Shown here in pieces: positions 48,997 through 59,851 of a DNA stretch of 59,851 nt (position 1 is the stretch's first letter; the number at the start of each line of letters is the position of its first letter). Under the pieces are notes generated by a model. The model did not search any database, was not told the origin of the DNA, and was given only the letters and a program-made list of their open reading frames with translations. Where the stretch lies: positions 17,109,348-17,169,198 of the forward strand of contig NC_069006.1 in assembly GCF_001194135.2 (NCBI RefSeq), given 5' to 3'. Origin of the DNA: Octopus bimaculoides (lineage: Eukaryota). The position numbers and the translations under genes were made by a program.

Positions 48997-49133
48997 ATAA
49001 GGTTCGTAGATTGATGTTGAAGGAGTGATGCTAGGTCTGTGAAATCTTGCATGCATTAATTTTGACTATTAATAACCACACTGTTTCTTTCCAGGTAACT
49101 TTCGTCTGACTGTTCAAAGAACACTTCAAAAGT

Positions 49134-49925
49134 CATCGTCGTGTTATCAAGCACCCGCAGGAAAAAGGGTTTAGCCCCTAAGGGCATTTATGCTACATTG
49201 GAGAATGACGCACCAGCTTTATCAACAGTGAAAAAGTGGGCTGCCGAATATAGGAGAGGAAGAGAGAGTTATAAATATGACACAAGGTCTGGACGTCCTT
49301 AGGCTTCCACCACCGAGGAAAATATTTATTGTGTTCACCACGTGATGATGGATGAGAGGTGATTGACTATGAATCAAATAGCCAATGCTGTTAGCATATC
49401 AAGTAAAAGAGTTGAGAGCATTTTGCTGAATGAACTTAGCATGACGAAAGCTGACCACATCGTGGGAAAATCTGACATTGTTTGAGATAGATCCAGTTGA
49501 TTTCTTGAACATTTTCTGACTCAGGATGAGTGTTGACTCCATCACTTTGAGCCAGAGGCAAAGAGATAATCCATGCAGTGGTAACACTCTTCTTTCCCTA
49601 CTTCAAGGAAGGCCAAGGTTATTTCATCTGCAGGTAAGTGATAGCTTCAATCTTTTGGCATGCAAAAGACATTGCTTTTTTTTTTTTTTTCCAAAAGGGC
49701 CACGCCATCAATGGCTAATACTTACTGAGACAGTTACGAAAGGCTATCAAGGAAAACTAACAAAAAGGGTGTTGTTTCATCAGGGTAAGCCTTCAGCACA
49801 CAAGTCCTTTGTTTCAATGGCTGCTGTGCCTGACTGAAGCTTTGAACTGGTTGATCACCTCTTTATTCTCCTGGTTTGACCCCTCCCCAACATGAAAAAA
49901 CACTTGACTGGAAACCAGTATCGCT
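49134..49925 (+). mobile_element. mariner transposase pseudogene
   Basis: APALSTVKKWAAEYRRGRES...RSGRP; FLTQDEC*LHHFEPEAKR*SMQW; KAKVISSAGK..ASIFW; HQG..SAHKS; FELVDH..YSP; many stops and frameshifts. Confidence 0.93.
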
Positions 49926-49929
49926 TTAT

Positions 49930-50040
49930 TGAAAAGTTCAGCATCTTCTCCGTCTGTATCCCTGCAAATTTCAAGTCTATCCTTAGCGTTGTGAAACACA
50001 TTTGAAAGCATTTCAGGAATTATCTCTTGCACTGCTAACT
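49930..50040 (-). mobile_element. Tc1/mariner-superfamily transposase C-terminal fragment
   Basis: QEIIPEMLSNVFHNAKDRLEICRDTDG resembles the I.PEML..V..N...RL..C....G end motif. Confidence 0.6.
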
Positions 50041-50274
50041 GAATGCATTTGTTATGTTTTTAGGTTGTAACATGATGTGTGTAGAAATCATTGTCAGGAG
50101 GCAGTTCATTTATAACAAAACATTAAACTGTATTAATCGGATGGGTGCTGGCGAGCGGTAACAATGATAAGTGTCCAATTGCAGACAAGTAATGAGGGCG
50201 GCGGCCTGTACGTACATGTAGAGTATATATATGTATGTGTATGTATGTGAGTTAGGGAATCCGAAATAACTTAC

Positions 50275-50338
50275 TTAAGGATTGAATGAGAAGTCGTAAG
50301 CCGTGATAAGCTAGCAGTGGTAAGTCGGTCTGTGCTAG
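50275..50338 (-). CDS. Weak candidate exon (LAQTDLPLLAYHGLRLLIQSL or STDRLTTASLSRLTTSHSIL)
   Basis: Acceptor TTCTTTCTTGCCCCAG|, donor TAA|GTAAGT, 64 nt; longer upstream acceptors are possible. Confidence 0.2.
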
Positions 50339-50529
50339 CTGGGGCAAGAAAGAACTATTCAGGGTTTCAATTGCGTTGAGGGAACTGGACTGTAAAAGGT
50401 GTCCGCGAAGTGAGAAACTAGGAGTTGTTCGTGATGAAGAAGATTCTGTGTTGGTCGTCCCGCAGCCAAATTGATAAAAAAATTTATACACTTTTAACAC
50501 ATAATCACTCCCAGTATTTATTTCTTTAG

Positions 50530-50650
50530 CTTGGTATTTATTCTATCGGTAACTATTGCTGAACCGCTAAGTTACGGGCATGCAAACACACCAGCACCGG
50601 TTGTCAAGCGGTGGCGGGGGACAAACAGACTGACAGACAGACACACATAT
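50530..50650 (+). mobile_element. Repeat family C (3' part)
   Basis: GCTGAACCGCTAAGTTACGGGCATGCAAACACACCAGCACCGGTTGTCAAGCG. Confidence 0.8.
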
Positions 50651-50660
50651 TGATATATGC

Positions 50661-50742
<82 letters not shown>

Positions 50743-51104
50743 TGTAAATCCAAAAAATAACAACAAAACTACAAAGGATTCCGCGGTACACGTGTTTCAA
50801 GCTTTATATGTGTATAATTTACAATGTAAAGCTATCCTCAGCCGCAAAATTATTTCTCTCCCAGGAAATTATACCACCTCGGCGTTGAAGTAGGAAGAAA
50901 GGTGTGATGTAAGAGGTGAAGATCCTTTCGGTATTCTGTATAGTACTATACCTCGTATAATTCTCCACCCAGACATAATCTCTCCGGTCCTCCGAAAACC
51001 TTCCATACCTTGCCACGATTCAATATATATATATGCTACGTCTTCACGTTTGTTTGTTCTTTTCTTTTTCTGTGATTTTTTTAATTGATTATATGAATAC
51101 GACG

Positions 51105-51215
51105 AACTTGTTTCAGTTTCCATCTACTAAATGAGTCTCACAATACTGTAATAAAAACACTTGCCGAAGGTGTCACGCAATTGAACTGGACTGAACCCGG
51201 AACCCATGTGGTTCC
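51105..51215 (-). mobile_element. SINE family B
   Basis: CAGTTTCCATCTACTAAA...CACTTGCCGAAGGTGTCACGCA...GACTGAACCCGGAACCCATGTGG. Confidence 0.7.
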
Positions 51216-52177
51216 GGGTTCAGTTTAATTGCCGTACAAATTTACATTTCGGTTTAATAGCCTTGCAGATTTACATTGGAAGATCGTATTGCTAATCAAA
51301 TAGAAATACAAACATCCGTGGGTGGCGCTGCATGTATATGCGTAGGTGCGTGCGTGCGCAACAGGCGTGTATGTTGGACCCAACAGCAGCTGAGATTCCG
51401 ATTTATAAAATCACTAATGTTTATTAGAAACTTAAGTGGAAAAACCAATAGCACACAATTGATAATCGCATATATACACATACACACACATATATATATA
51501 TATAGAGAGAGAGAGAGACACTCTCTCGCTTTTTCTCTCTTTCTCTTTCTCTCTCTCACGCACACACTAACACACACACACACACACACACATATCTTTT
51601 ATGACGACACGGTCATATATTTCCTTGTCAATAAAACACCGTCTACGTCAAAGCAACAGCTTGCGGGTTCTAATGTCATTGTCTGCTCACAGCTGTACAT
51701 TCTCTCATCTGACTTATTATAAAAAGGGANNNNNNNNNNNNNNNNNNNNNNNNNNNNNNNNNNNNNNNNNNNNNNNNNNNNNNNNNNNNNNNNNNNNNNN
51801 NNNNNNNNNNNNNNNNNNNNNNNNNNNNNNNNNNNNNNNNNNNNNNNNNNNNNNNNNNNNNNNNNNNNNNNNNNNNNNNNNNNNNNNNNNNNNNNNNNNN
51901 NNNNNNNNNNNNNNNNNNNNNNNNNNNNNNNNNNNNNNNNNNNNNNNNNNNNNNNNNNNNNNNNNNNNNNNNNNNNNNNNNNNNNNNNNNNNNNNNNNNN
52001 NNNNNNNNNNNNNNNNNNNNNNNNNNNNNNNNNNNNNNNNNNNNNNNNNNNNNNNNNNNNNNNNNNNNNNNNNNNNNNNNNNNNNNNNNNNNNNNNNNNN
52101 NNNNNNNNNNNNNNNNNNNNNNNNNNNNNNNNNNNNNNNNNNNNNNNNNNNNNNNNNNNNNNNNNNATTATTATTAT

Positions 52178-52560
52178 TAAGGCAGTTAGCTGGCAGTCGT
52201 TAGCACGCCGGGCAAAGTCATTAGCGGCATTCTGTCCGCCTTGACGTTCTAAGTTCAAATCCCGCCGAGGTCCACTTTGCCTTTCCTTCTCTCGGGGGGG
52301 GGGGTCGATAAATTAAGTACATGTTACACACTGGGGTCGATGTAATCGATTATTCCCACCCCCACAAATTCCAGGCCTTATTATTATTATTATTATTATC
52401 ATCATTATTATTATTACCATCGACCTTTTTCGGGGTCGATAAAATAAGTACCCGTTGTGTACTGGAGTTAATGTAATCGACTTACCCCTTCCCTCGAAAT
52501 TTCAGGCCTTGTGCCTTCTGTAGAAAGGATTATTATTATTACTATCATTATTATTATCAT
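52178..52560 (+). mobile_element. SINE family A plus a second 3' fragment, both with (TTA)n tails
   Basis: Consensus match. Confidence 0.8.
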
Positions 52561-54659
52561 TACTATCATTATATATAAACCCCCACCACTTTGTCTGTCG
52601 TTGTATTGTCCCCCTCATCCTTCGTCTTTGCTCTTTATGTATCCAGTTTGTTTGTTTTTCTCCTCCTCCTCCTTCTCCTCCTTGAAGCAAAGACTTTCAC
52701 TCAGTTATCGACAGTTGTTGTCGTCTTCGTCAGTCAGTTTCTGGTTTGTCTATCGTTGTATATGGACTTGTTAAATATCTTCTTATACAGACAGAGTTCG
52801 TTGTCTCCGTTACCATCCACACCTCTACTCTTCGTATACGTATATGCACTGCATGTATGTATGTATGTATGTATGTATTTATGAATATATAAATATATAT
52901 ATATCTACGTATACGTACAGATGTTTATATAGGTTGTGTGTGTGTGTACTTTTATTGTTGCCCTTTTGCTTTTCGGAAGCCACCGTTTCGTGAGAACTAA
53001 ACGTATCAGTTACATGTGAAGTGTTTGAAATGCTACATCGATGGGTTTTTCGTCGGTTGTCAGTAAAACCTCGAGTTTCTATCACCTACTGAAACTGGAT
53101 CTACGTCGCTTAGGCTTTTATCTTATACATATATAATTTTAGTTTGTATTTTATTTTTCAAAAACACTTTGCAGGCGGTTCTTCGATGTTGGATTCCAGT
53201 ATTCATATGTCAAACAACATATCCTGAATGCGTTTTGTAGCAGTGCGAATTCTTTACAAAACTACACAAGGAATTTTTTAAAAGCTGGTATTCAATTTTT
53301 CATCATCTAAAATTTATACAAAAAAAATTCTTATACAAAAAGGAGCAGGAATCCCTAATTTTTTTCAACATCGTCCACTACCAAACTTCTTCAAGTCTTT
53401 AAACTACACAAGCTCTACAAGAAAACTATCCTTGTAATACCTTGATAACTACCAAACAAAACGTAATATTTTACTGTCTTTGGAACGCTATATTAATTAT
53501 CAAATAACACACAAATCATAGTAGCACGTCATCCTCGGAATATTATGATAATTAATAAATAAGGTATAAGAGTTTACCATTCTTGGATAACCATGATAAA
53601 TACCAAGGAAGGCATGACCTGTTTTTAAGGATTATAAATTGCAAAAATCTTACTGGATACATTATTCATTACCAAAATGTTATTTTAAACAAGCCATTTA
53701 CGGATACATTATTTACTACTAAATCAGGCTTGTGCCTTTTAACTTGTACATGGTCTGCATCTTCAAAATATATCTCCCCCTGTTTCGAACACGATAAGGG
53801 CTTGACCTGTTTCAAACTTTTGGACAACGTGAGACTTTAATCTTTAGGATACTTCAGTTATTACCAAACGGGGCAAGGCCTTCTACGGGATTTCTAAACT
53901 ATACGTCTTCTTCTTCTTCTGTTTTAATAATCATATTATTATTGTGATAATTATGCTACCGAGGTCGACTTTACCTTTCATCATTTCGGGCTCGATAAAA
54001 TAAAGTCCATCTATATANNNNNNNNNNNNNNNNNNNNNNNNNNNNNNNNNNNNNNNNNNTATATATATATATATATATATGCGTGTGTATTTGTATGTAG
54101 ATGTATAATCTAGTGATGTTTCCTATGCTCTTTCTCTCTTCTCCAAATACACCGAATTTCTGTATTGTTCAGCCGACATATTCTTCGTTCGCCAAACAAA
54201 ATAATAACTAATTAAAAAAATATACAAAAGTAACAACAACAACAACAACATTCACTTTTTCTTTTAAAAATGTGTATGCTCAAGCGGTTCTTTGTAAATC
54301 TCTGGAATCGGACTTGTTTCACCGTTAACAGACACAGACGTGATCACAAATCAAATCCAAATGCTATGGGACCCCTCGGCTATTCCCTCTTAACTTCGCT
54401 GCATGCTCCTTCGGGGACGAAGAAGTCCCATAATCCTCCATCAATCTTTAGACCTCTATATACTTTTATTATCTGGCTGAGACAGATTTTTAAAATGTCA
54501 CGGCACTGATGAATATTTGATTTAATGTTGGGCAGGTACCCTACCGGGGATGCCTCCCATTCACTGTAATCGTACCGCAGGACATTAATTAGACATTCTG
54601 TGGACACAAGATAAAGATCACTGATACGGAAATTACAGAGTATAAATGTGGCACCAATG

Positions 54660-55050
54660 TGCAGTTTCAGAACTGTGACAATGCGGCACTTTGGAATAAA
54701 AGAGGAAGGAATATGCTATTCTGGTATAAAAGTTGCAGAATGACTAATGTGCCGCTGTAGACATACCTACAGCACTGCAGAACTTTGGAATTGTAATTCT
54801 GTTGGACTGGAATAAAATAAGGACTAAGCTAGCTATTTTTATAATGAAATTATCAAGGGGCTAAGGTGCCACTGCCGAATTGTGGGGTTGCAGCACTTTG
54901 TGAAAGTTGGACTGGAACAAAAGAAATAACCTAACTATTTTTGTATTGAAATTACAAAGTGACTAACGTGCCACTGTTGAAAAGTGGTGCTGCGGCACTT
55001 TGTGACTGCGATGTTGGACTGGAACAAAAACGTCTATGCTATTCTTATTA
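54660..55050. repeat. Degenerate ~100-115 bp tandem repeat, 3-4 copies
   Basis: Recurring GACTAA.GTGCCACTG...GC.GCACTTTGTGA...GTTGGACTGGAACAAAA...CTATT blocks. Confidence 0.75.
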
Positions 55051-55074
55051 AATGTCACGTATTCTTTTATTCCT

Positions 55075-55240
55075 TTTATTCTTTTACTTGTTTCAATCAT
55101 TTGACTGCGGTCATGCTGGAGCACCGCCCTAAAGGGTTTTTAGTCGAAGAAGTCGACCACAGGATTTATTCTTTGTAAACTTAATACTTATTCTATTGGT
55201 ATCTTTTGTGGAACCTCTAGATTATGGGGACAAACACACA
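55075..55240 (+). mobile_element. Repeat family C
   Basis: Consensus match. Confidence 0.8.
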
Positions 55241-55254
55241 CACACACACACGTG

Positions 55255-55303
<49 letters not shown>

Positions 55304-55309
55304 GTATGT

Positions 55310-55470
55310 ATACGACGGGCTTCTTTCAGCTTCCGTCGACCAGGTCCACCCACAAGGCTTTAGTCGGCCCGAGACTGTAGACACTTGCCCAAGGTGTCTC
55401 ACGGTGGAACTGAACCCGGAACCACATGTGATTGGCAAGCAAGCTCCTTACCATACAACCACGCCTGCAC
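55310..55470 (-). mobile_element. SINE family B
   Basis: Consensus match. Confidence 0.8.
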
Positions 55471-56050
55471 CTATGTTGAAGGCAAATCGTTTTAAATTTC
55501 CATCTGTAAGCAGTTACTCGTAAAATATATATATATAAAGTTTTATTGTTCATAAAGACTCCCGTCACACCTTTACACACGAAATATGTAATAAATTATT
55601 TTTAACAGTGAAACCCGAAGTAGATAAAGCTATAAGTAATAGCATATAGAATACTGGGTTTAAAAGGACCCTCGGATGGAAAAAGTCGACGGCTATGCTT
55701 GTGATTTGAACTCACCACGGGCAACCTTCAACTTTTACAAATCTTTAACGTGATATTGCAGCTGGTTTAGCGCCACACAAGTATATCAATTTGAATTGTA
55801 CAACAGGTGGTGTTCAAACGTAAAATAGATTCTCTAACATCAAAGTTAGTTCAAATATCGCTGACGGATATGTGTGTGTGTATATATGTATATATGTATA
55901 TATATATATATATATGTATGTATATATGTATCAGTATCTATTCTTTTTAAAGGCTGGCACGTACTCTATTGCCGAACCTCTACGCTTATGGGATGTAAAC
56001 AATCGAACAGCGATTGTCAAACTGTGTTTGGATGCAAACAACGACATATG

Positions 56051-56085
<35 letters not shown>

Positions 56086-56086
56086 A

Positions 56087-56281
56087 TATAAGAAGGGATG
56101 ACCACTAAGTGGACATCCTTTATGCTAGAAAGAGGTCATCAACGACCCAACCACAAAGAAAAATAATATTCTCCAGAAAAATTTTCTTTTTCTGGAGAAC
56201 ATTATTTTTCTTTGTGATTGGGTCGTTGATGATCTCTTTCTAGCATAAAGGATGTCCACTTAGTGATCATCCCTTCTTATA
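56087..56281. repeat. 195-bp palindrome: 95-bp arms, 4 transitions, 5-nt loop
   Basis: Arms 56087-56181 and 56187-56281 aligned base by base. Confidence 0.95.
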
Positions 56282-56380
56282 CACATGTAATACAATTTTT
56301 CGGCATTTTCAGATGTTTTATATGCTAGGCCACTTGGTTTTAAAATGAATTAATATTCAATTTATCATCCTATCTATATA

Positions 56381-56424
<44 letters not shown>

Positions 56425-56639
56425 GAAATATGTTTCAAGAAGAAAATAGAAACTACATGTGGAAAACGAATGGGGAAAGTAAGAAGAAAAAAGCGAAAAT
56501 GCACAATGGATATCAAAAACAAATTAATTAATAAATAAAGGCTTTTTGTTATGAACAGTAACGATAAATATATATGAAATGAGGTAGAATTAAGAGGAAT
56601 AAAAGTCATTATTATGTATGTATGTATGTGTATGTAAAA

Positions 56640-56845
56640 CTTAGATATGTTTCGACCAAAGATTGGTGCAGGCCATGTCTAACTTAATAACATCACCTGA
56701 TAGGATTATCTAAATCCTTTCTACAGTCAAGTCTTGTTTATGGTCCATTCAAGTAGTGAGTTCTTATTGAGTGAGTTGTATCCAGATATGGGTGGCTTGC
56801 CTGGTATTCTTTGAGAAAACTGTCTAGACTCCGTTTAAAGCTGTA
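56640..56845 (-). mobile_element. CR1/L2-like LINE 3' end
   Basis: SFKRSLDSFLK then (frameshift) RIPGKPPISGYNSLNKNSLLEWTINKT*. Confidence 0.65.
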
Positions 56846-57169
56846 CTCTTTATATGTTTCTTTTATTCTTAATATGTATCAGCAAAATAGAGCACCGTAA
56901 AGGTAGAATTACGAATAGGAAATAGTGGCATAGGAAGGTACCAATTTTTGCTGGAAATAGCAGCCGATAACCGTTCGATGGTAGTTAAAGCATCACTGAA
57001 TGTATATAGAGGCAAAGACGTGTGTGGGCGGCGAATATAAAAAGATTTTCGTCTTGTCTCTAAAACACATCTTTGCCTCTGTACATTCAGTGATGCTTTA
57101 CCTAGCGTAGAACAGATATCGTCTGCTATTTCCAGCAAAAATTGGTACCTTGTCGTGCCATAATTCCTA

Positions 57170-57275
57170 TGTATATATAGTAGAAGACACTTGCCCAAGG
57201 TGCCACGCTGTGGGACTGAACCCGGAACCATGTAGTTGGTAAGCAGGCTACTTACCACACAGCCATTCCTACGCC
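57170..57275 (-). mobile_element. SINE family B
   Basis: Consensus match. Confidence 0.85.
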
Positions 57276-57289
57276 TATATATGTATTTC

Positions 57290-57480
57290 TTTTACTTGTT
57301 TCAGTCATTTGGCTGCGGCCATGCTGGAGTACTGCCTTTAGTCGAACAAATCGACCCCAGTATTTATTCTTTGTAAGCTAAGTACTTATTCTCGAACCGC
57401 AAAGTAATGGGAACGTAAACACACCAACATCGGTTGTCAAACGACGGTGGAGCGACACACAGACACGCAAATGCATATTA
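57290..57480 (+). mobile_element. Repeat family C
   Basis: Consensus match. Confidence 0.85.
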
Positions 57481-57516
57481 TATCTATCTATCTACCTATC
57501 TATCTATCTATCTATC

Positions 57517-57808
57517 TGTGGAGGTGCAATGGCCCAGTGGTTAGGGCAGCGGACTCGCGGTCGGAGGATCGCGGTTTCGATTGCCAGACCGGGCGTTGAG
57601 TGTGTTTATTGAACTAAAGCTCCACGAGGCTCCGGCAGGGGGTGGTGGCGACCCTGTTCCACTCTTTCACCCCAACTTTCTCTCACTCTTTCTTCCTATT
57701 TCTTGAGTAAAGCTGCGATGGACTGGCGTCCTGTCCAGCTAGGGGGAACACATACGCCATAGAAACCGGGAAACCGGGCCCATGAGCCTGGCTAAGTTTC
57801 AAAAGGGT
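57517..57808 (+). mobile_element. tRNA-derived SINE, family F, with V-SINE-like block
   Basis: TGGCCCAGTGGTTAGGGCAGCGGACTCGCGG...GGTTTCGATTGCC head; GCGATGGACTGGCGTCCTGTCCAG at ~57714-57738. Confidence 0.7.
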
Positions 57809-58245
57809 NNNNNNNNNNNNNNNNNNNNNNNNNNNNNNNNNNNNNNNNNNNNNNNNNNNNNNNNNNNNNNNNNNNNNNNNNNNNNNNNNNNNNNNNNNNN
57901 NNNNNNNNNNNNNNNNNNNNNNNNNNNNNNNNNNNNNNNNNNNNNNNNNNNNNNNNNNNNNNNNNNNNNNNNNNNNNNNNNNNNNNNNNNNNNNNNNNNN
58001 NNNNNNNNNNNNNNNNNNNNNNNNNNNNNNNNNNNNNNNNNNNNNNNNNNNNNNNNNNNNNNNNNNNNNNNNNNNNNNNNNNNNNNNNNNNNNNNNNNNN
58101 NNNNNNNNNNNNNNNNNNNNNNNNNNNNNNNNNNNNNNNNNNNNNNNNNNNNNNNNNNNNNNNNNNNNNNNNNNNNNNNNNNNNNNNNNNNNNNNNNNNN
58201 NNNNNNNNNNNNNNNNNNNNNNNTATACATATATATGTGTGTGTG

Positions 58246-58284
<39 letters not shown>

Positions 58285-58499
58285 AACTTTGGTTGTAGAA
58301 CAAACAACAAATCCAAGGTCATCCAACTGATATATCACATCTCGAACATTTAATCACATATAAGGAAAAAAAATGCTTTTTCTATACATAGAATACGGGT
58401 GTACAATATCACAGAAGACGAAACATTACTTCATTTAGACAGACATGTAGAAACGTGTTTAGGGATGTTTGGAATAGGTACAGGTACAGAAATAGTAAT

Positions 58500-58790
58500 A
58501 GTGTTAGCAAGGAGATAAACAAAACAGGAGGTTCACAGTCTAGAATTAGGGAAGTATAAGTTTTTTAGGATTTTGAAGGAGAACTTCCCATGGAATCACA
58601 AATACTATGGTATTTGTAACAAGTCAACTATCAAGTTCTCTTACTCTGTAGTGCCTAATCTCGTCTCGATTATTGCATCTGTTAATAGAAGCAAACTTGC
58701 TGGGCAGGGAGGTTTGGCAACGTTCCCCTGAGGGTAACCCCCGACCTGTGAATAATAATTGTGTAACACCTAATGCCAGTGGTACAAGTA
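58500..58790 (+). mobile_element. Penelope-like element linker fragment
   Basis: LGKYKFFRILKENFPWNHKYYGICNKSTIKFSYSVVPNLVSIIASVNRSKL matches the PLE G..FF.I...NFP..HKY..IFN..T.K.SYS..PNL..II motif. Confidence 0.75.
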
Positions 58791-58794
58791 GTTT

Positions 58795-58926
58795 GGCCGT
58801 GTCTGGTGAGTTTATCTCGAACCGGTAAGGCTCCTTTGTAACGTTGCCAGGCTAATGACTTTTGGAAGTTATCCAGCCAAATATTCAAAAGATTCTTTTC
58901 CCTCCCTTTCCTTCTCTCTTTCTTTT
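58795..58926 (-). mobile_element. L1/Tx1-clade LINE fragment, inverted duplicate of 59234-59367
   Basis: LDNFQKSLAWQRYKGALPVRDKLTRHG. Confidence 0.75.
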
Positions 58927-59054
58927 TTTTATTTAAACCAGAAGAGAAAATAAAATTATTAAAGTAAATTCAGCCTCGCCGGTTTCAATTCCCTGTAACG
59001 ACTAAATGATTGAATTATTTTGACTTTTTATTCCTATACACTTTTTTAAAAAGA

Positions 59055-59230
59055 AGGTGGAGGTGGTTAGGGCAGCGACTCGCGGTCATAGGATCNNNNN
59101 NNNNNGTGATGGTGGCGAACCCTGCCGTACTCTTCCACCACAACTTTCTCTCACTATTACTTCCTGTTTCTGTTGTGCCTGTAATTCAAAGTGGCCCTAA
59201 CCACTGGGCCATTACGCCTCCACCTTCTTT
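59055..59230. mobile_element. SINE family F remnants, with heads on both strands
   Basis: GGTGGAGG..TGGTTAGGGC at ~59055 (+) and its reverse complement at 59185-59225. Confidence 0.6.
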
Positions 59231-59233
59231 AAA

Positions 59234-59790
59234 GAAAAGAAAGAGAGAAGGAAAGGGAGGGAAAAGAATCTTTTGAATATTTGGGCTGGATAACTTCAAA
59301 AAGTTATTGGCCTGGCAATGTTACAGAGGAGCCTTACCGGTTCGAGATAAACTCACCAGACACGGCCACCCTGATGTGAGCGGGACGTGGAAACCGTCCT
59401 ATACGCTATTGTGCAATGTCCGGGTATTTCTGAGGTGTGGATTTACGCAGAACACCTGTTGTCAGATGTGAGAAAAGTACAGCTATCAGCTGAGTGGATT
59501 TTAAAAATTAACCCACCGGACTTCCTCACGAATGAAGGTAAGAATTGTTTTCTCATAGCAGTAGTAGCAATTGCGAAAAAGGTGATTTTGGAAATCGAGA
59601 ATGAAAGGTTTTGTGACAGACTGCTTCATATCTGGCCACCGCCTTGGTAAACGTCTTCGTCGAATTCATGATTATATAAATTTTTATTCTCATTTCGTAT
59701 TATATGACCCTCAGACCATGTTGTGCTGTCCCCTCTGTGTTCGTCCTTCATGGACAATAATAAAATCTTTCTTTAAAAAAAATACATGTA
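59234..59790 (+). mobile_element. L1/Tx1-clade LINE 3' end (zinc-knuckle region, UTR, AATAAA, A-run)
   Basis: LDNFKKLLAWQCYRGALPVRDKLTRHG...ETVLYAIVQCPGISEVWIYAEHLLS...LIAVVAIAKKVI. Confidence 0.75.
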
Positions 59791-59816
59791 TTGGTATGTG
59801 GTGTTACCGTTTTCCC

Positions 59817-59851
59817 CTGACGAAGAAGTCATTACCGTAATGCACCCTCTT
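59817..59851 (+). ncRNA. 5' half of a possible hammerhead motif, cut by the window end
   Basis: CTGACGA-AGAAG-TCATTA ccg TAATG CACC-CTCTT; GAAA would lie beyond the window. Confidence 0.3.

Noticed and set aside
50819-51016. Protein-like ORF YGRFSEDRRDYVWVENYTRY
   Set aside because: Poor acceptor and no recognisable family.
52978-53015. Hammerhead-like CTGATAC...GAAACGG here, and CTGC-ACCAATCTTTGGT-CGAAAC near 56650
   Set aside because: Core CUGANGA is broken; at most degenerate relics.
1-59851. CRISPR array, rRNA or prokaryotic operon
   Set aside because: No regularly spaced repeat-spacer units, no rRNA motifs and no dense ORFs; the sequence is eukaryotic.

Overview
AT-rich, repeat-dense eukaryotic DNA with about 7 kb of N gaps, nearly all bordered by microsatellites. 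The SINE families and repeat style match what I recall of octopus (coleoid cephalopod) genomes; the species call is inference. No complete gene is visible, and most of the supplied ORFs are microsatellite or gap artefacts. Supported content: (1) dozens of tRNA-derived SINE copies from about 6 families; (2) decayed transposon fragments (Penelope-like elements [PLE], RTE, R4/Dong, CR1-like and L1/Tx1 LINEs, pogo/Tigger, mariner, Tc1-like, two MITE types); (3) two well-signalled and a few weaker candidate minus-strand exons of an unidentified gene; (4) most notably, a dispersed set of minimal hammerhead-ribozyme motifs (CUGANGA...GAAA core, palindromic stem III), plus several long near-perfect inverted repeats. 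Some of these motifs and repeats are tied to PLE termini, including a PLE whose GIY-YIG endonuclease lies between inverted, hammerhead-bearing terminal repeats. Hammerheads in PLE terminal repeats are a known phenomenon. Their density here, the core variants and the associated hairpins are what merit testing. Repeat boundaries are by eye (+/- 10-20 bp) unless stated as exact.
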